Below, in pieces: positions 13,501 through 24,261 of a stretch of DNA of 64,000 nt. The number at the start of each line of letters is the position of its first letter. Position 1 is the first letter of the stretch. The notes below the pieces were generated by a model that saw nothing but the letters and a program-made list of their open reading frames with translations, did not search any database and was not told where the DNA came from. Position numbers and translations under genes: made by a program. The DNA lies in contig NW_027271202.1 of assembly GCF_040938485.1 (NCBI RefSeq), positions 1,364,001-1,428,000 of the forward strand, in the 5' to 3' direction. Source of the stretch: Diadema antillarum (Eukaryota).

Positions 13501-15082
13501 CTGCCTCTCTGTAATCAGACAACTGACAGTCACATGGGTTACAACTAACATAAAGTTTCTATGTTTAATTGTTTCATATGACTTTCACATACAATTGTAT
13601 TTGTTATTTGTTGCCTTTTCAGGTGGTTTTCCTAATAAGTCAGAGAGTAGGCCCTACATGAAATAGAAATACATATGGAAGAACACTCATTTCACTGTTT
13701 AGACTTTCATTCCTGTTTTCAAACACATATAAAACTACGTTGTATTAAAATCTACAAACTGTACCTCTTATTTTGGCCAATATGAAAAAAAAGACACCAA
13801 TCTAACAACCATGCTAGTAGAGCCAATATGTCTTGGGTTTTATCACTCAGCTTGATTAACATGTCTGGATGAATGAGACTGTAAACTATAGAATTGTCAA
13901 AAGGGGGGGGGGCACATATTTTCAGAGAGCTGCACAATCACTGTAAAAGTGGACATTTTCACGGTGTTGAAATTTTCGCTCATTTCGTGCAACCAGAAAC
14001 TAGCACAAAAATAAAAGCACTCAAATATTTTTGCTCGCTGTATGTTTCAGTAGTTGATGTCTTGATTACGCGGAATTAAAAACATGCGAAACTCTTCTGG
14101 CCTGGCTGCATGAGCATGAAAAATTAGTCGTGCGAAAATATTCACTTTTACAGTACTCACCAAGACTATGATCCAGAATGTGTAGTAGACAAACACCATG
14201 CCTGCAAATGACAGCATCCCCATGCCAACAGCTTGATCCATCCAGGTAGCCTATATACAACAATAACATACATACATAGAATAGAAAGATCTCAAGCAAA
14301 CACCATGGAGCAAACTTTAACTTCTATCACACATGTTATTGTTAATTTGCACCTGTTTTCAAGATCTGCAGTGTTGTTGGACAGACGTCTTTTGTTGAAT
14401 AGTAAATTAGCCTCTGCTTGTGTTCATCTTTTTATACAGCAGGAGCAGATCATCCAGGATTCCCCAAAGGGGGGGGGGGGGGGGGTGCCTTTACATATTA
14501 TAATTCAAGAGGGTGCATATGCCCCTCCATCTTTCTTTTTATATTTGTTTTGTTTAAAAAAAAAATAAAGGGGGTGTGCCCCTTGGCCCTGGATCCGCCA
14601 CAGTTTTATGATATCTCTCTTCAGCTCAGTCTCTGCAAGCTCTGTCTCATACAATTACTCGCTTTTCAGCAATCCCAATGCAGCAAATTGTTAATTGACC
14701 GTACAAGCCCTGCCCAGCTATTGAGCTACCCAAAAGTGCTACTCAGTCTACCTGCTCTTGTTTGTCTATCATGTCTATGTGGATAACTTTTCCTGATGTC
14801 CAGTTGGAATAAATATCGTCACAGAAATCTATGAAAGTTATTTCAATCAGCTGTGAAAATCCATAGCCAGGCGATAATTAATCTTAGTCCCACATACCAA
14901 TAACTGTGTGGTAACTTTAAAGTGTGAAACAGAGAAAACACTCTTCTTGGGGCGACGATCAACTTCATGAGCTGAGTAGACTCGTGTAGGTACAAAATTG
15001 TACTTGCATTTTGTTATGCCTGGCAATTTTAGTCAGCGATAGTACTACTGGGTCTAGTTTGTCTAATTTTATAGCCTACCAT
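10558..15082 (-). CDS. DPM2: Dolichol-phosphate mannosyltransferase regulatory subunit 2, 81 aa. Coding exons 15080-15082 (ATG only), 14161-14250, 12329-12431 and 10558-10607
   Basis: The spliced product is M|ATWMDQAVGMGMLSFAGMVFVYYTFWIIVL|PFIEADQIVHQLFPPRKYAVIVPFVAGGVALLIVG|HVILFMMFFTKPKKS*. It aligns with human DPM2 (MATGTDQVVGLGLV...[32 protein letters not shown]...). All introns are GT-AG, the CDS is 246 nt, and there are two hydrophobic TM stretches. Confidence 0.95.
11070..11606. mobile_element. Tc1/mariner-type (pogo/Tigger-like) MITE with TA TSD, in DPM2 intron 3
   Basis: TA|CAGTGCACTCCCGTTACAACGAA ... TTCGTTATAACGGGAGTGCACTG|TA, with internal repeated TTATAACGAA motifs. A shorter relative lies at 51375-51560. 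Confidence 0.8.
11889..12066. mobile_element. hAT-like MITE with 13-bp TIR CAGGGCTGCCAAC
   Basis: Perfect TIR CAGGGCTGCCAAC / GTTGGCAGCCCTG. The flanks CTAGT / CTAGA match at 4 of 5 positions, and there is no 8-bp match. Confidence 0.75.
12508..13067. mobile_element. Kolobok-like non-autonomous element with TTAA TSD and long TIRs, in DPM2 intron 2
   Basis: TTAA|AGGACAAGTTCACCTTCATAAAC ... GTTTATGAAGGTGAACTTGTCCT|TTAA, with about 130 bp of imperfect inverted arms. RR...YY termini plus TTAA fit Kolobok rather than piggyBac. Confidence 0.75.
13312..13472. mobile_element. CAGTGG/CAGGG-type MITE with a perfect 5-bp TSD (GAATC)
   Basis: CAGTGGTGGATCCAG ... CTGGATCCGTCCCTG; GAATC at 13307-13311 and 13473-13477. 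Confidence 0.75.
13941..14153. mobile_element. TA-flanked MITE (CTGTAAAAGTG termini) abutting the DPM2 exon-2 splice donor
   Basis: CTGTAAAAGTG ... CACTTTTACAG|TA. It has the same termini as 55596-56048. The right TA (14154-14155) overlaps the +6/+7 position of the GTGAGT donor. Confidence 0.65.
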
Positions 15083-15588
15083 ATTGGCATTGCGTCTGGT
15101 TGATCTCGGGTCGCTTCCTCGCTCGCTCAATCGAGGCCCGAGAGAACTGGATTAGAAAAAAACAAAATCGACAAGTTACGTTTCGCTTCAGCCTCAATCC
15201 TCTCAGATTCAGTGTTGTTGGATCACACGCGGCTCAGCCTTGCAAAACTTCCAGCTGTTTGACTGCCCTGAGCTCTGTCGTCGTAGCTTGCTAGCGAGTA
15301 ACCCCGTCGCGGGGCGCTGTAACACAGTAACAGCGCCCCGAAGCAACCCATGCAATTTTAGGAAGCACTCAAATGCACTGCAACACGTAAACAACTCACC
15401 GCTCAAAAGGACACTTGGATTCGCAACGAAAAGCCACATGATATAAAACCATTATTGTTGAACAATAGAAACGACTATGTATTTCTCACCATTACCTCCG
15501 AAAACAAGATAAATAGTCATCTTTGAGACCGTCTAGTCGAGATACTGTCCGTTCGCCGTTTTGAACGTATCACGCAAATATACTGATC

Positions 15589-15600
15589 TGCGCATGCGCA
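15589..15600. promoter_or_regulatory. Perfect NRF1-type palindrome TGCGCATGCGCA about 500 bp upstream of the DPM2 ATG
   Basis: Exact match to the YGCGCAYGCGCR consensus. A related GCGCATGCGC lies at about 19631. It may instead belong to a transposon end. Confidence 0.4.
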
Positions 15601-15712
15601 CATGAATATTCATATTTTACGTCATCTGCCGTATGTACAATTATGTTGCTCGTATTTGGTTCTCGGTCTCATTTAATAAAGGACACTTGTTCGTACCAAT
15701 ACGATAGGTATC

Positions 15713-15896
15713 ATGGAGTTCAAAGATGCTCTAAGTGAAGTAGAGGAGGATGCAAAAAGAATTAAGTTCAAAGTGGAGCAAATAGAAATTATCAAGAACG
15801 CAGTGAAACAGAATGACACCTTCCTAATGTTGCCAACTGAGTTTGGCAAGAGTGCTTGCTTTGGTTTCATCACCAAATCTTGGAAGTTGGATAAAG
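15713..15896 (+). pseudogene. RecQ-like (SF2) helicase N-terminal fragment, probably transposon-derived (AcademH-like), truncated by a CAGGGCTG MITE at 15897
   Basis: MEFKDALSEVEEDAKRIKFKVEQIEIIKNAVKQNDTFLMLPTEFGKSACF carries a Q-motif-like segment and motif I (D..x.LPTGxGKS) with G changed to E. The downstream ORF is MITE and poly-T sequence. Confidence 0.6.
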
Positions 15897-16539
15897 CAGG
15901 GCTGCACACTAACCCATTTTTTTTTTTTTTTTTTTTTTCTGCCGGTCCAACCTGTCTCTGTCGGATCAGTAAATATCCATTTTTCCTCCCCATTTTTGTA
16001 CTGGTCGGAACAGAAAATTTACTGGTCAACAACAACCTGAAAAAGCATTAACTGGCTTGCAAATTTATTTTCATGTTTTTGTCGACAATAATATTACCTC
16101 CCCCCCCCAAAAAAAAAAATACATTTTGCAAATAAACATTTTGTAAACTCAAGTGCCTTGTTTACGGATCATTTTCTTGAGAAGGAACAAAAAGGAATCA
16201 TTTGTGAATTGATTTGTTGATACGAAAAGGAAGTAAAAAAAAAAAGAAAAAAAGAAGGGACTGAAATGCGGTTTTTAACTTTCCTCCGAAAATTTCTTCC
16301 CGTATCTTGGCGTTCTTGAAAGTACACTGCAGGGTCGAATTTGTAATGCTTTGTACTCCTATCTCTTCTTCGTGTATAGAACCATTTTAAAAGAATTGAA
16401 TGTTTTTGAATCAAAGTGTTAAATGATTATGAACAAAATCAGATTGTATCAAATGCGTTTGTGACTTTTTGTCAACATCGGCGCACGTAGAGTAACACGC
16501 GTTACTTAAGTTCTGCGCTTTTCACATTTTTGGTGCTCA

Positions 16540-18130
16540 GCTGGATTGTAATGATTATATGAATTATTTTTGCTGTATAGTATTTTCTGATGCACGTGCC
16601 AGAAGGGGTTCTTTATTTTTCTCCCGATAATCTTTTCGCATCTGTGCATGCGCTCTTGAAAGGTATATACGGCAGCATACGGCATCAGGGTCAAATTCAC
16701 GATTCTTTTTGCGCTTATTTCTAACTCAAATATCAGCGGGATTGTGACGATTTCATGAACTTTACTTCGGATCACTGTTCGAATGTAATCTGTTGTGATG
16801 AACACACCAGAATTGTTGACAATGCACCCTTTATTTTGCTCCGGTAATCTTTTCGCATTTCGTAAATGCGTCCTCTCGGATTAGAAGAAATGATACGGCC
16901 GAATTCATGATTCTTTTTGCACCTCTTGTTCTCCTCAAACTTCAACGGGATTGTGATGATTTCATGAATCATTTCGGCTGTAATTTTTATAATGCGCGCG
17001 CCAAAAGAGGTTTAAAATGTGTCTTATTTTTCTCCCGAATTTGTGCATGCGGTATGCGTTTTTGAAAGATACACAGCATGCAGGGCCAAATTCACGATCC
17101 TTTTTGCGCCTATTGTTTCCTCAAATTTCAACGGGATTGCCATGATTTCATGGATTATTATTCGGCTATAATCTTAATGATTCACGTGCCAAGAGGGGTT
17201 GAAAATGTGTTCTTTATTTTTCCCCGATAAAATCTTCGAATTTCGTAAATGCGTTCTTGAAAGATCATAACACGGCCGAATTCATGATCCTGTTTGCGCC
17301 TATCAATTTAATATCAGCGGGATTGTGACGATTTCATGAATTCCTACGGCTGTAATCTTTTACTTTGCACACACCAAAAGGGGTTGAAAATGTGTCCTTT
17401 TATACTTTTTACCGATATTCTCTCCCACATTTCGTAAATGCGCGTCCTCTCGGATTAGAAGGTATTCACGGCCGAATTTATGATTCGTTTTGCGCCTATA
17501 TTGTCTCCTCAAACTTTAACGGCATCGCGGTGATTTTATGAATTATTTCGGCTCTAATCTTTTGTGATGCACACACCAGAAGGGTTGAAAAAACATTCTT
17601 TATTTTTCTCCCGAAAATCTCTTCGGAATTATTCATGCGTTTTTTGAAAGACAGTATTCAGGGCCGAATTCGATATCCTTCTTGCGCCTATCGTTTCCTC
17701 AAATTTCAACGGGATTGCCATGATTTGATATTCGGCTGTAATCTTTATGATGCACCACCAGAAGGGGTTGAAAATGTGTCTTTTATTTTTTCCCCAATAA
17801 TCTCTTCGCACTATTCGAATATCACGATTTTTTGCGCCTATTTCTATACCTCAGATATCAGCAGGATTGCGATGATTTCGTGAATTCTTTCGGCTGTAAT
17901 CTGTTGTGATGCACGCACAAGAAGGATTGAAAGTACATAGTTTTTTTTCCCGATAATTTCTTCGCATTTGTGCATGCGTTTTTGATAACCAACATGGCAT
18001 GCAGGACCGAATTCAAGATCCTTTTCGCGCCTACTGTTTCCGCAAATTTCAACGGGACTGCGATGATTTTATGATTTTTTTTTTAAATTTTTTTCTCGTC
18101 ACATTTTGTGCATGCGTTCTTGAAAGGTAA
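16540..18130. repeat. Degenerate tandem array of ~185-bp units, about 8 copies
   Basis: The anchor CGGCTGTAAT and its variants recur at about 16975, 17163, 17347, 17549, 17733 and 17891, followed by GATGCAC..CCAGAAGGGTTGAAAA and GGCCGAATTCATGAT motifs. Confidence 0.85.
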
Positions 18131-18792
18131 ACAACAGGACAAATTTCGTTATCCCTTTTGTGCCTATCTTCATTATGAGACCATTCTGAAGGAATGAAAT
18201 GAAAACAAACGCAATCAGATCTTTATACTGCTGTAATTTTTTCAATTTTTCTAAAAATCTGCACAAGTAAACTCGTTCTATCATGTCATCTGCCACGCTG
18301 CTGCAAAGCCGGGATCGGATCATGGGTTAAAAAAAGGCATGAGTGAAATGACCACAGAAATGCGTGCGCCTCTACGAATACATACTCCTTGTCTGATGGC
18401 ATGACCGCCGATCGCAAGCAATTGAACGATGTAAACGCGTTGGGGAATACCGGCATGCATTTCAGCAGTATTGTACATACACGTATGTATAAGGCTTAAA
18501 AGGGTATTGATCAAGCAAGACAACATTAAAAAAAAAAAGCCATGGGGAGCAATGGAATACAATCCCAATGACCATGTGGATGGATCTGAAAGGGTTAATT
18601 TCTAGTTTTTCATTAACCAATCCATTATGCCTTTAAGATGAAAGCCAATCTAGAATTTTATCAATTTCACGACAATGATAAAAAAAAATCCAGCAGAACA
18701 GTGCAAGAATGATAAAAATCGGATAAAAAATAAGGAAGTTATGACATTTGAAATTTCAAAAATTTTCAGAAGACACTTCTTGTCCCATTGCT

Positions 18793-18840
18793 ATGAATGA
18801 ATGAATGAATGAATGAATGAATGAATGAAAATGAATGAAT
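18793..18840. repeat. (GAAT)n microsatellite
   Basis: Directly visible. Confidence 0.95.
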
Positions 18841-20469
18841 ACTCAAGAGTCAATTTTATTTATCTGTATGTCACAGTACATAGAAATTTAGCTTCCAATT
18901 CTTCCAACTTGTTACACACAATAATTATGAAACACACACGCACGCGGACACACACACACACATACACACAATCAAACAGAAAGTGACAAGCCTGACAGAA
19001 AAAGAAAGACAGGAAGGATCTCCTCTCATGCGATGGAAGTTTTTTTTTGGGGGGGGGAGGTCTCTCAATAAATAATCAAACAATTCTCAACTATTGGAAA
19101 TAAACAAAACATGTATGTAACAGAAGTGTATTCAATTCAAATCACAGTAGAAAATGAACATGAAGCAAAAATGAATATGAGTCCCCAAGAAGCAGAGCTT
19201 GTGAGTGGAGCCCATTGTGAATGTACAACATTTAATAAAACTATAATGTACAGTGTGAAAGGAAACTTGATCTACATAGATGAGACATCTGGGGCATTTC
19301 CTCTGCAGACTGGGGAAAAAAATAAAAAACAAAACAAAACATACCCTCTATCATGAAAATCACCTATTATTTTCTTAATCCTTCACATCTCCAGATGTTC
19401 ATTATGTGTGCACTTCCTTTATTGCAAATAAATAATGAACCACACATTCGAAATGCGCTTTAAAAACGAAATAAATAAGTGCCGGTAGGCCCGATAGTAA
19501 ATCATCGCCCAGCATGCATTTTATTCGTTACGTCTCATGAATATTCATTTCAGTTCTCAGCGAGCCGTCCGGTTTTTTTCCACACGCATACATTGCGTAT
19601 TACAGTATGTGCTACGTTTTATCCATATTAGCGCATGCGCTGTGTAAGTCATACTACAATACGAAATGCGGTAGGACTATAAAAACCTCGGATAAACTCT
19701 TTCACAGGGCTCTCAAAACAGATCATATTGTAAATCGACTTCGCCTGCCGTGATTGTAAGTATCTTATCTAAGAGTAAGGCCACTAATTTCGGTATAAAA
19801 CCCTCTATTTTGGTCTCTGGTCACGTAAATGCTTAGCCATATCAGGTGCTTCCGTGACAGGATAGGTTTGCTGTGCGACCCCTTTACGGTACGTATTTGT
19901 CCGTATGGGGTCGCTGCTGCGGTTAGCTAGCGAGCTGCTTGGATGAAGAACGCTAGACTAGCGCTGCAGCTAGCTAGCAGGTACAGGTCGAGCTCGAGGC
20001 GAGGCCGAGGGCATCCAGCGGTCTGTTGACCGGTGGAGGTGACTCACCTACCTGGTTTCAGCGTGTCCTGCCCATGTCCTGCCCTCTGGAGTCTCTTACA
20101 AGTTACTGCCCCAGCGCAGACGCGAGGAATCACTTTTCATCCAGTCTCTACGTTTTTCGTCATCAGGGGCACCATGGGCATGGCATTGGCACACATCCTG
20201 ATCTTTTTATAATGTTTTGCACTACTGGACTCAAGGAAGAAAAATCCTAGTGCATATTAAACTGACGCAAAGCAGCTACAGAATCCCTGCAAGTAGCGCG
20301 CAAAAATTCACAGACGGCTGGCAAATTAGACTAGGCAGACGTGAAAGGAGAAAGGGAAAGTCCCACCTACATGATTGGCACTACGTCATAGGACCTGCAT
20401 GCTTAAATGCTGTTTCATAAAGCTGTTCGTAAAGTTACGAACAACTTGTCCTTTTTTTTTTCCTGATCT

Positions 20470-20858
20470 TGTAGTTGTAGTGGTGGCTGCTGCTGCTGCT
20501 GCTACTGCTGTTGTTGTTGTTGTAAATTGTTGTTTTTGTTTTGTTGTTGTTGTTCTTCTTGTTGTTGTTTTTGTTGTTGTTCTTGTTGTTGTTGTCGTCG
20601 TCGTTTAAGGGTCGCAGAATTGGGGGCGGAGGGGGCTACAGCCCTCTTCTCTTCCCCTTTCTCCACCCCCTCCAAACACACACGTACACTTTTAGGCTTG
20701 CAACCCCCCCCCCCAAAAAAAAAAGATCTTAAACCATGAATTACCAAAGTTCCGTCCTTACATTCCCCCTCCCTGAAAAACGTTCCGAGACCCCCGCTGC
20801 AATTGTTGTGGTGGTGGTGGTGTTATTGCTGTCGTTTCTGTTACTGTGAGGATTTGTT

Positions 20859-20905
<47 letters not shown>
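20470..20905. repeat. Low-complexity block: (GTT/GCT)n at about 20470-20605 and (GT)n at about 20863-20905
   Basis: Directly visible. It accounts for the poly-Q, poly-V and poly-C ORFs in the track. Confidence 0.9.
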
Positions 20906-20906
<1 letters not shown>

Positions 20907-22503
20907 GCTTTGCTTTTTCACGGGTTTTGAATGACCCTATAAACTAACTGAATACAGTACACTAAGGGCTTAGATAGATATAATATATATAATTACATAA
21001 TTATGTACATTACCCTTTTGAAGCACCTTTTTCTTTTTCTTTTTCTTCTTCTTTTGCATTCTGACTATAATCTAGCTGATGTCAATATACTGTTTGTTGC
21101 TTTTTTTGTTAATTATTTTAGACAACAACTTGCAATGAAGGCTCGACTCCCACTTACCGTACCGAGATTCGTACAGTCTGGTTTGTGTAGCGATATTCAT
21201 GTGGTTCATTAGTTCATTCTTTATATTGATTTTTGTACTGGTATACAGTTGGTCAAGATAAACATATCCGTTCTACGTATAATTCCATACCTGTGAATTT
21301 GGGAACCTACAGTTTTACAAGCGTTATACCTTTTATGTAAGCCCCATCCTATTTCTGATATTTACTTGTGATATCCTCAGATGATATGAACATATACATT
21401 TGTGTTAAGTATATGTTTTTCCTTCTTCTTCTTCTTTAATCAGAAGATATGCACCAGGCATGGATGTATATATTTTGTATTCTTGTTTTACTGCCAATCA
21501 TTTTGTAATCTCATCGAGTAAGTGGAAATATGAAATTTGAACTGAACTTTCAAAGTGATATCAGTTCGTTATAGTGCTTGATAGGGTAATTCCCTTAACC
21601 ATCTAATTACCTCCGCAATGGAGGTTATGTTCTTGTCGGCATCGGTTTGTTTGTTTGTTTGCAAAATACCTAAAAAAGTTGTAAATAGGTTTAGATGAAA
21701 CTTGCAGGAAAGTTGATAATTAAAGGAACAAAAGACGAAATTTTGGTAGTGATCCGGGATGTTTTATGAATTTTTGAAGTTTTTTTTTTTTTTGGCAGAT
21801 AGGGCTGATCTTGAGGCTATCTTTTTATGGATTTTTGATGTATTTTTTTTTTTAATTATTATTTTTTGCCGATAGATAGGGTCAATGATCTTAGGGCCTA
21901 CAGGAGCTCTTCTATCATGCATGGAGAACAATATAGGGTACCCTAACCCTAACTCTAGTCTAGCTCTACCAAATGACATTATTTTAGTTCACTCAATGTT
22001 CTGCCTATTTTCGTGATGTTGTTTTACACTGTGACTTCACACAAGGTGTTGTAGAGTCTAAATGTCGCGAATGGCATTAATGCAATCAATCAATCAAAAT
22101 CACATGACATCAGCACCTCACAATAACTCTTCTGAGGTGGTTTACTTAGTCCCGTGATCTTCTTCTTCTCCTTTTGAGGATATTTATATATGGGAATGTC
22201 AGTATCTCAGCAAATTACAAACTCATCACCGTTACTCAGATGAAGGTAACACCTTTACAACAGGCATTGTTTTGTGTGAAGGACCAGAACAATCCCACCT
22301 CCCGGGAAGAAAATAATATTATAGGCGGGTAGAGGAAAGTATAGTGGATAACAGATTCTTTGCTCAAAGGCCTAGCTCACGGTTCCCAGTGCAGGGAATT
22401 TGTTTCGGTTAATTTGTTTGTTTGTGTGTTTTTTCATTTTCCATCGGAGCCGCATTTATTGTGCTTGAGATATGACTGCTTTGAAATGCTCATTATTCCT
22501 ACT

Positions 22504-22858
22504 CAGGGGAGGATCCAGGAATTCCGTAAAGGGGAGGCGCCTTTACAAAATTAAAGGGGGCGCCAGCGCCACCCCCACCAGTTTTTTCTTTTTTTTTATC
22601 GTTNNNNNNNNNNNNNNNNNNNNNNNNNNNNNNNNNNNNNNNNNNNNNNNNNNNNNNNNNNNNNNNNNNNNNNNNNNNNNNNNNNNNNNNNNNNNNNNNN
22701 NNNNNNNNNNNNNNNNNNNNNNNNNNNNNNNNNNNNNNNNNNNNNNNNNNNNNNNNNNNNNNAGCCTTCAAATCAATCACCTTGCATTGCAGCTCTCAAA
22801 AAAACTTGTGATTGATTTCTATCACAAGTCTTTATAAGACAGGCCCGATCCGCCACTG
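22504..22858. mobile_element. CAGGGG.GGATCC-type MITE ends flanking an assembly gap
   Basis: CAGGGGAGGATCCAGGAATTCCGTAAAGGGGAGGCGCC... is near-identical to the reverse complement of part of the 13312 copy. GATCCGCCACTG lies after the N-run. Confidence 0.5.
22604..22762. other. Assembly gap (N-run). Other gaps are at 30552-30722, 31462-31602 and 36514-36683
   Basis: Runs of N of variable length. Confidence 1.
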
Positions 22859-24261
22859 CTATCGAAATTCGGAATATCTCACACTTTTTCAGTGAACCAC
22901 GCATTACAGAGGTGCTTTTATAAGTCTTTGTACAGTGTGTCGTGGTACAGACCTACAATCTTTTTGGTGCTGAATCAAATGCAAGACGGGTCGGAGTGTA
23001 GGATGACAGTGAACACCGGACGCTCAAACTTGGGGCGAGCACCGAATCACATGACCATAACTACTGTACATGTACATTGTACCGTACTTTTAGTATTATG
23101 TATTATGCACATACAGACACACTAGTCAGCTAACTCGTAGTGGTCCCCATACCACGCTAATGTACGGGCATAGACGAGCTACTAAAGAGACCGAGAGTGA
23201 TTTAATAGTGTCTACTAATTGGTTATCTCCTGACGGAAGAGGTAAGTAGGCCTCGGAAAAGATTTCATATATAGTAATTATTGTTGCATTTTTCGTTCCT
23301 TCCACAGAGGATGTAAATTAAGCTGAGCAGATATCCAACTCTCGAAGATAAGAGTAGACAATCTCAGTGTCTATTCATCCACGCGCTTTACTCCCGAACC
23401 CTCCCGACGCGTTGTGTATGGGCACTGCACTGGCGCCGGCTGCCAACCGCTGGCTGTTCCGGTCGCGGTCGCAGGATCAAGCATACGAGGGACGAGACTG
23501 TGAACACTGCACTGCTAGTGGTGCTAACGTCTAACGGGAAAGAAGAAAAAAAAAACAAGAAAAAGAAAGAAAAAAATAAGTACATGATATGATACAGATG
23601 TTGCACGGAAATACAGCTAGTGAGCGCCATCTTGTCTCAGCAGTCTGAATGGTACTGTAGTACTAGTAGGCCTACTAACGTTACACATTGCCATTTGGAA
23701 AAGAAGCATGACTGTATGTACGATTAACATTAATTACATTTACAATTTGCAACAAAATGGCCTGTGCCTCAATATGCAGGTACAGTGTATCTAGTAAGTA
23801 GTATATAATGAATATACAAATAAGGTATTTTTTTTAAAACTCCCTGTATTTTCCAAATCCAAGAGAACTAAAAAGTTCTTGCAAGTTGTTGAAGGTTGTA
23901 CCCTGTACATATGTCTAATATTCTGACAAGTCTTTGCCAAGAATGTTGATGTCTAGAGTAAAGGCAACAACATCCAAGTATTGTGTCTTGTCAATTATCA
24001 ACCATATAAACGATCTGTGAAGATTAATAAAAGAAAAGAGAATGAAGAGAATGTTTACTCAAGTCAAGGTATTGGCAAGTGCATACACATTCTTCCAAAG
24101 GAGTTGAAGGTTAGGCTATGTGTTTTCTTGTTTGATATCACTTGCAAAAATGACACACATGAGCATGAGTGTGAATATAACAGTATTTTTTAATTGTTAT
24201 CAATTTAATCCTACAGATTCCTGGCGTATAGTTCTCTGACAGAGTAGCCCACTAGGAGAGC

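Noticed and set aside
20375-20747. Poly-Q, poly-V and poly-C ORFs
   Set aside because: These are trinucleotide microsatellite translations.
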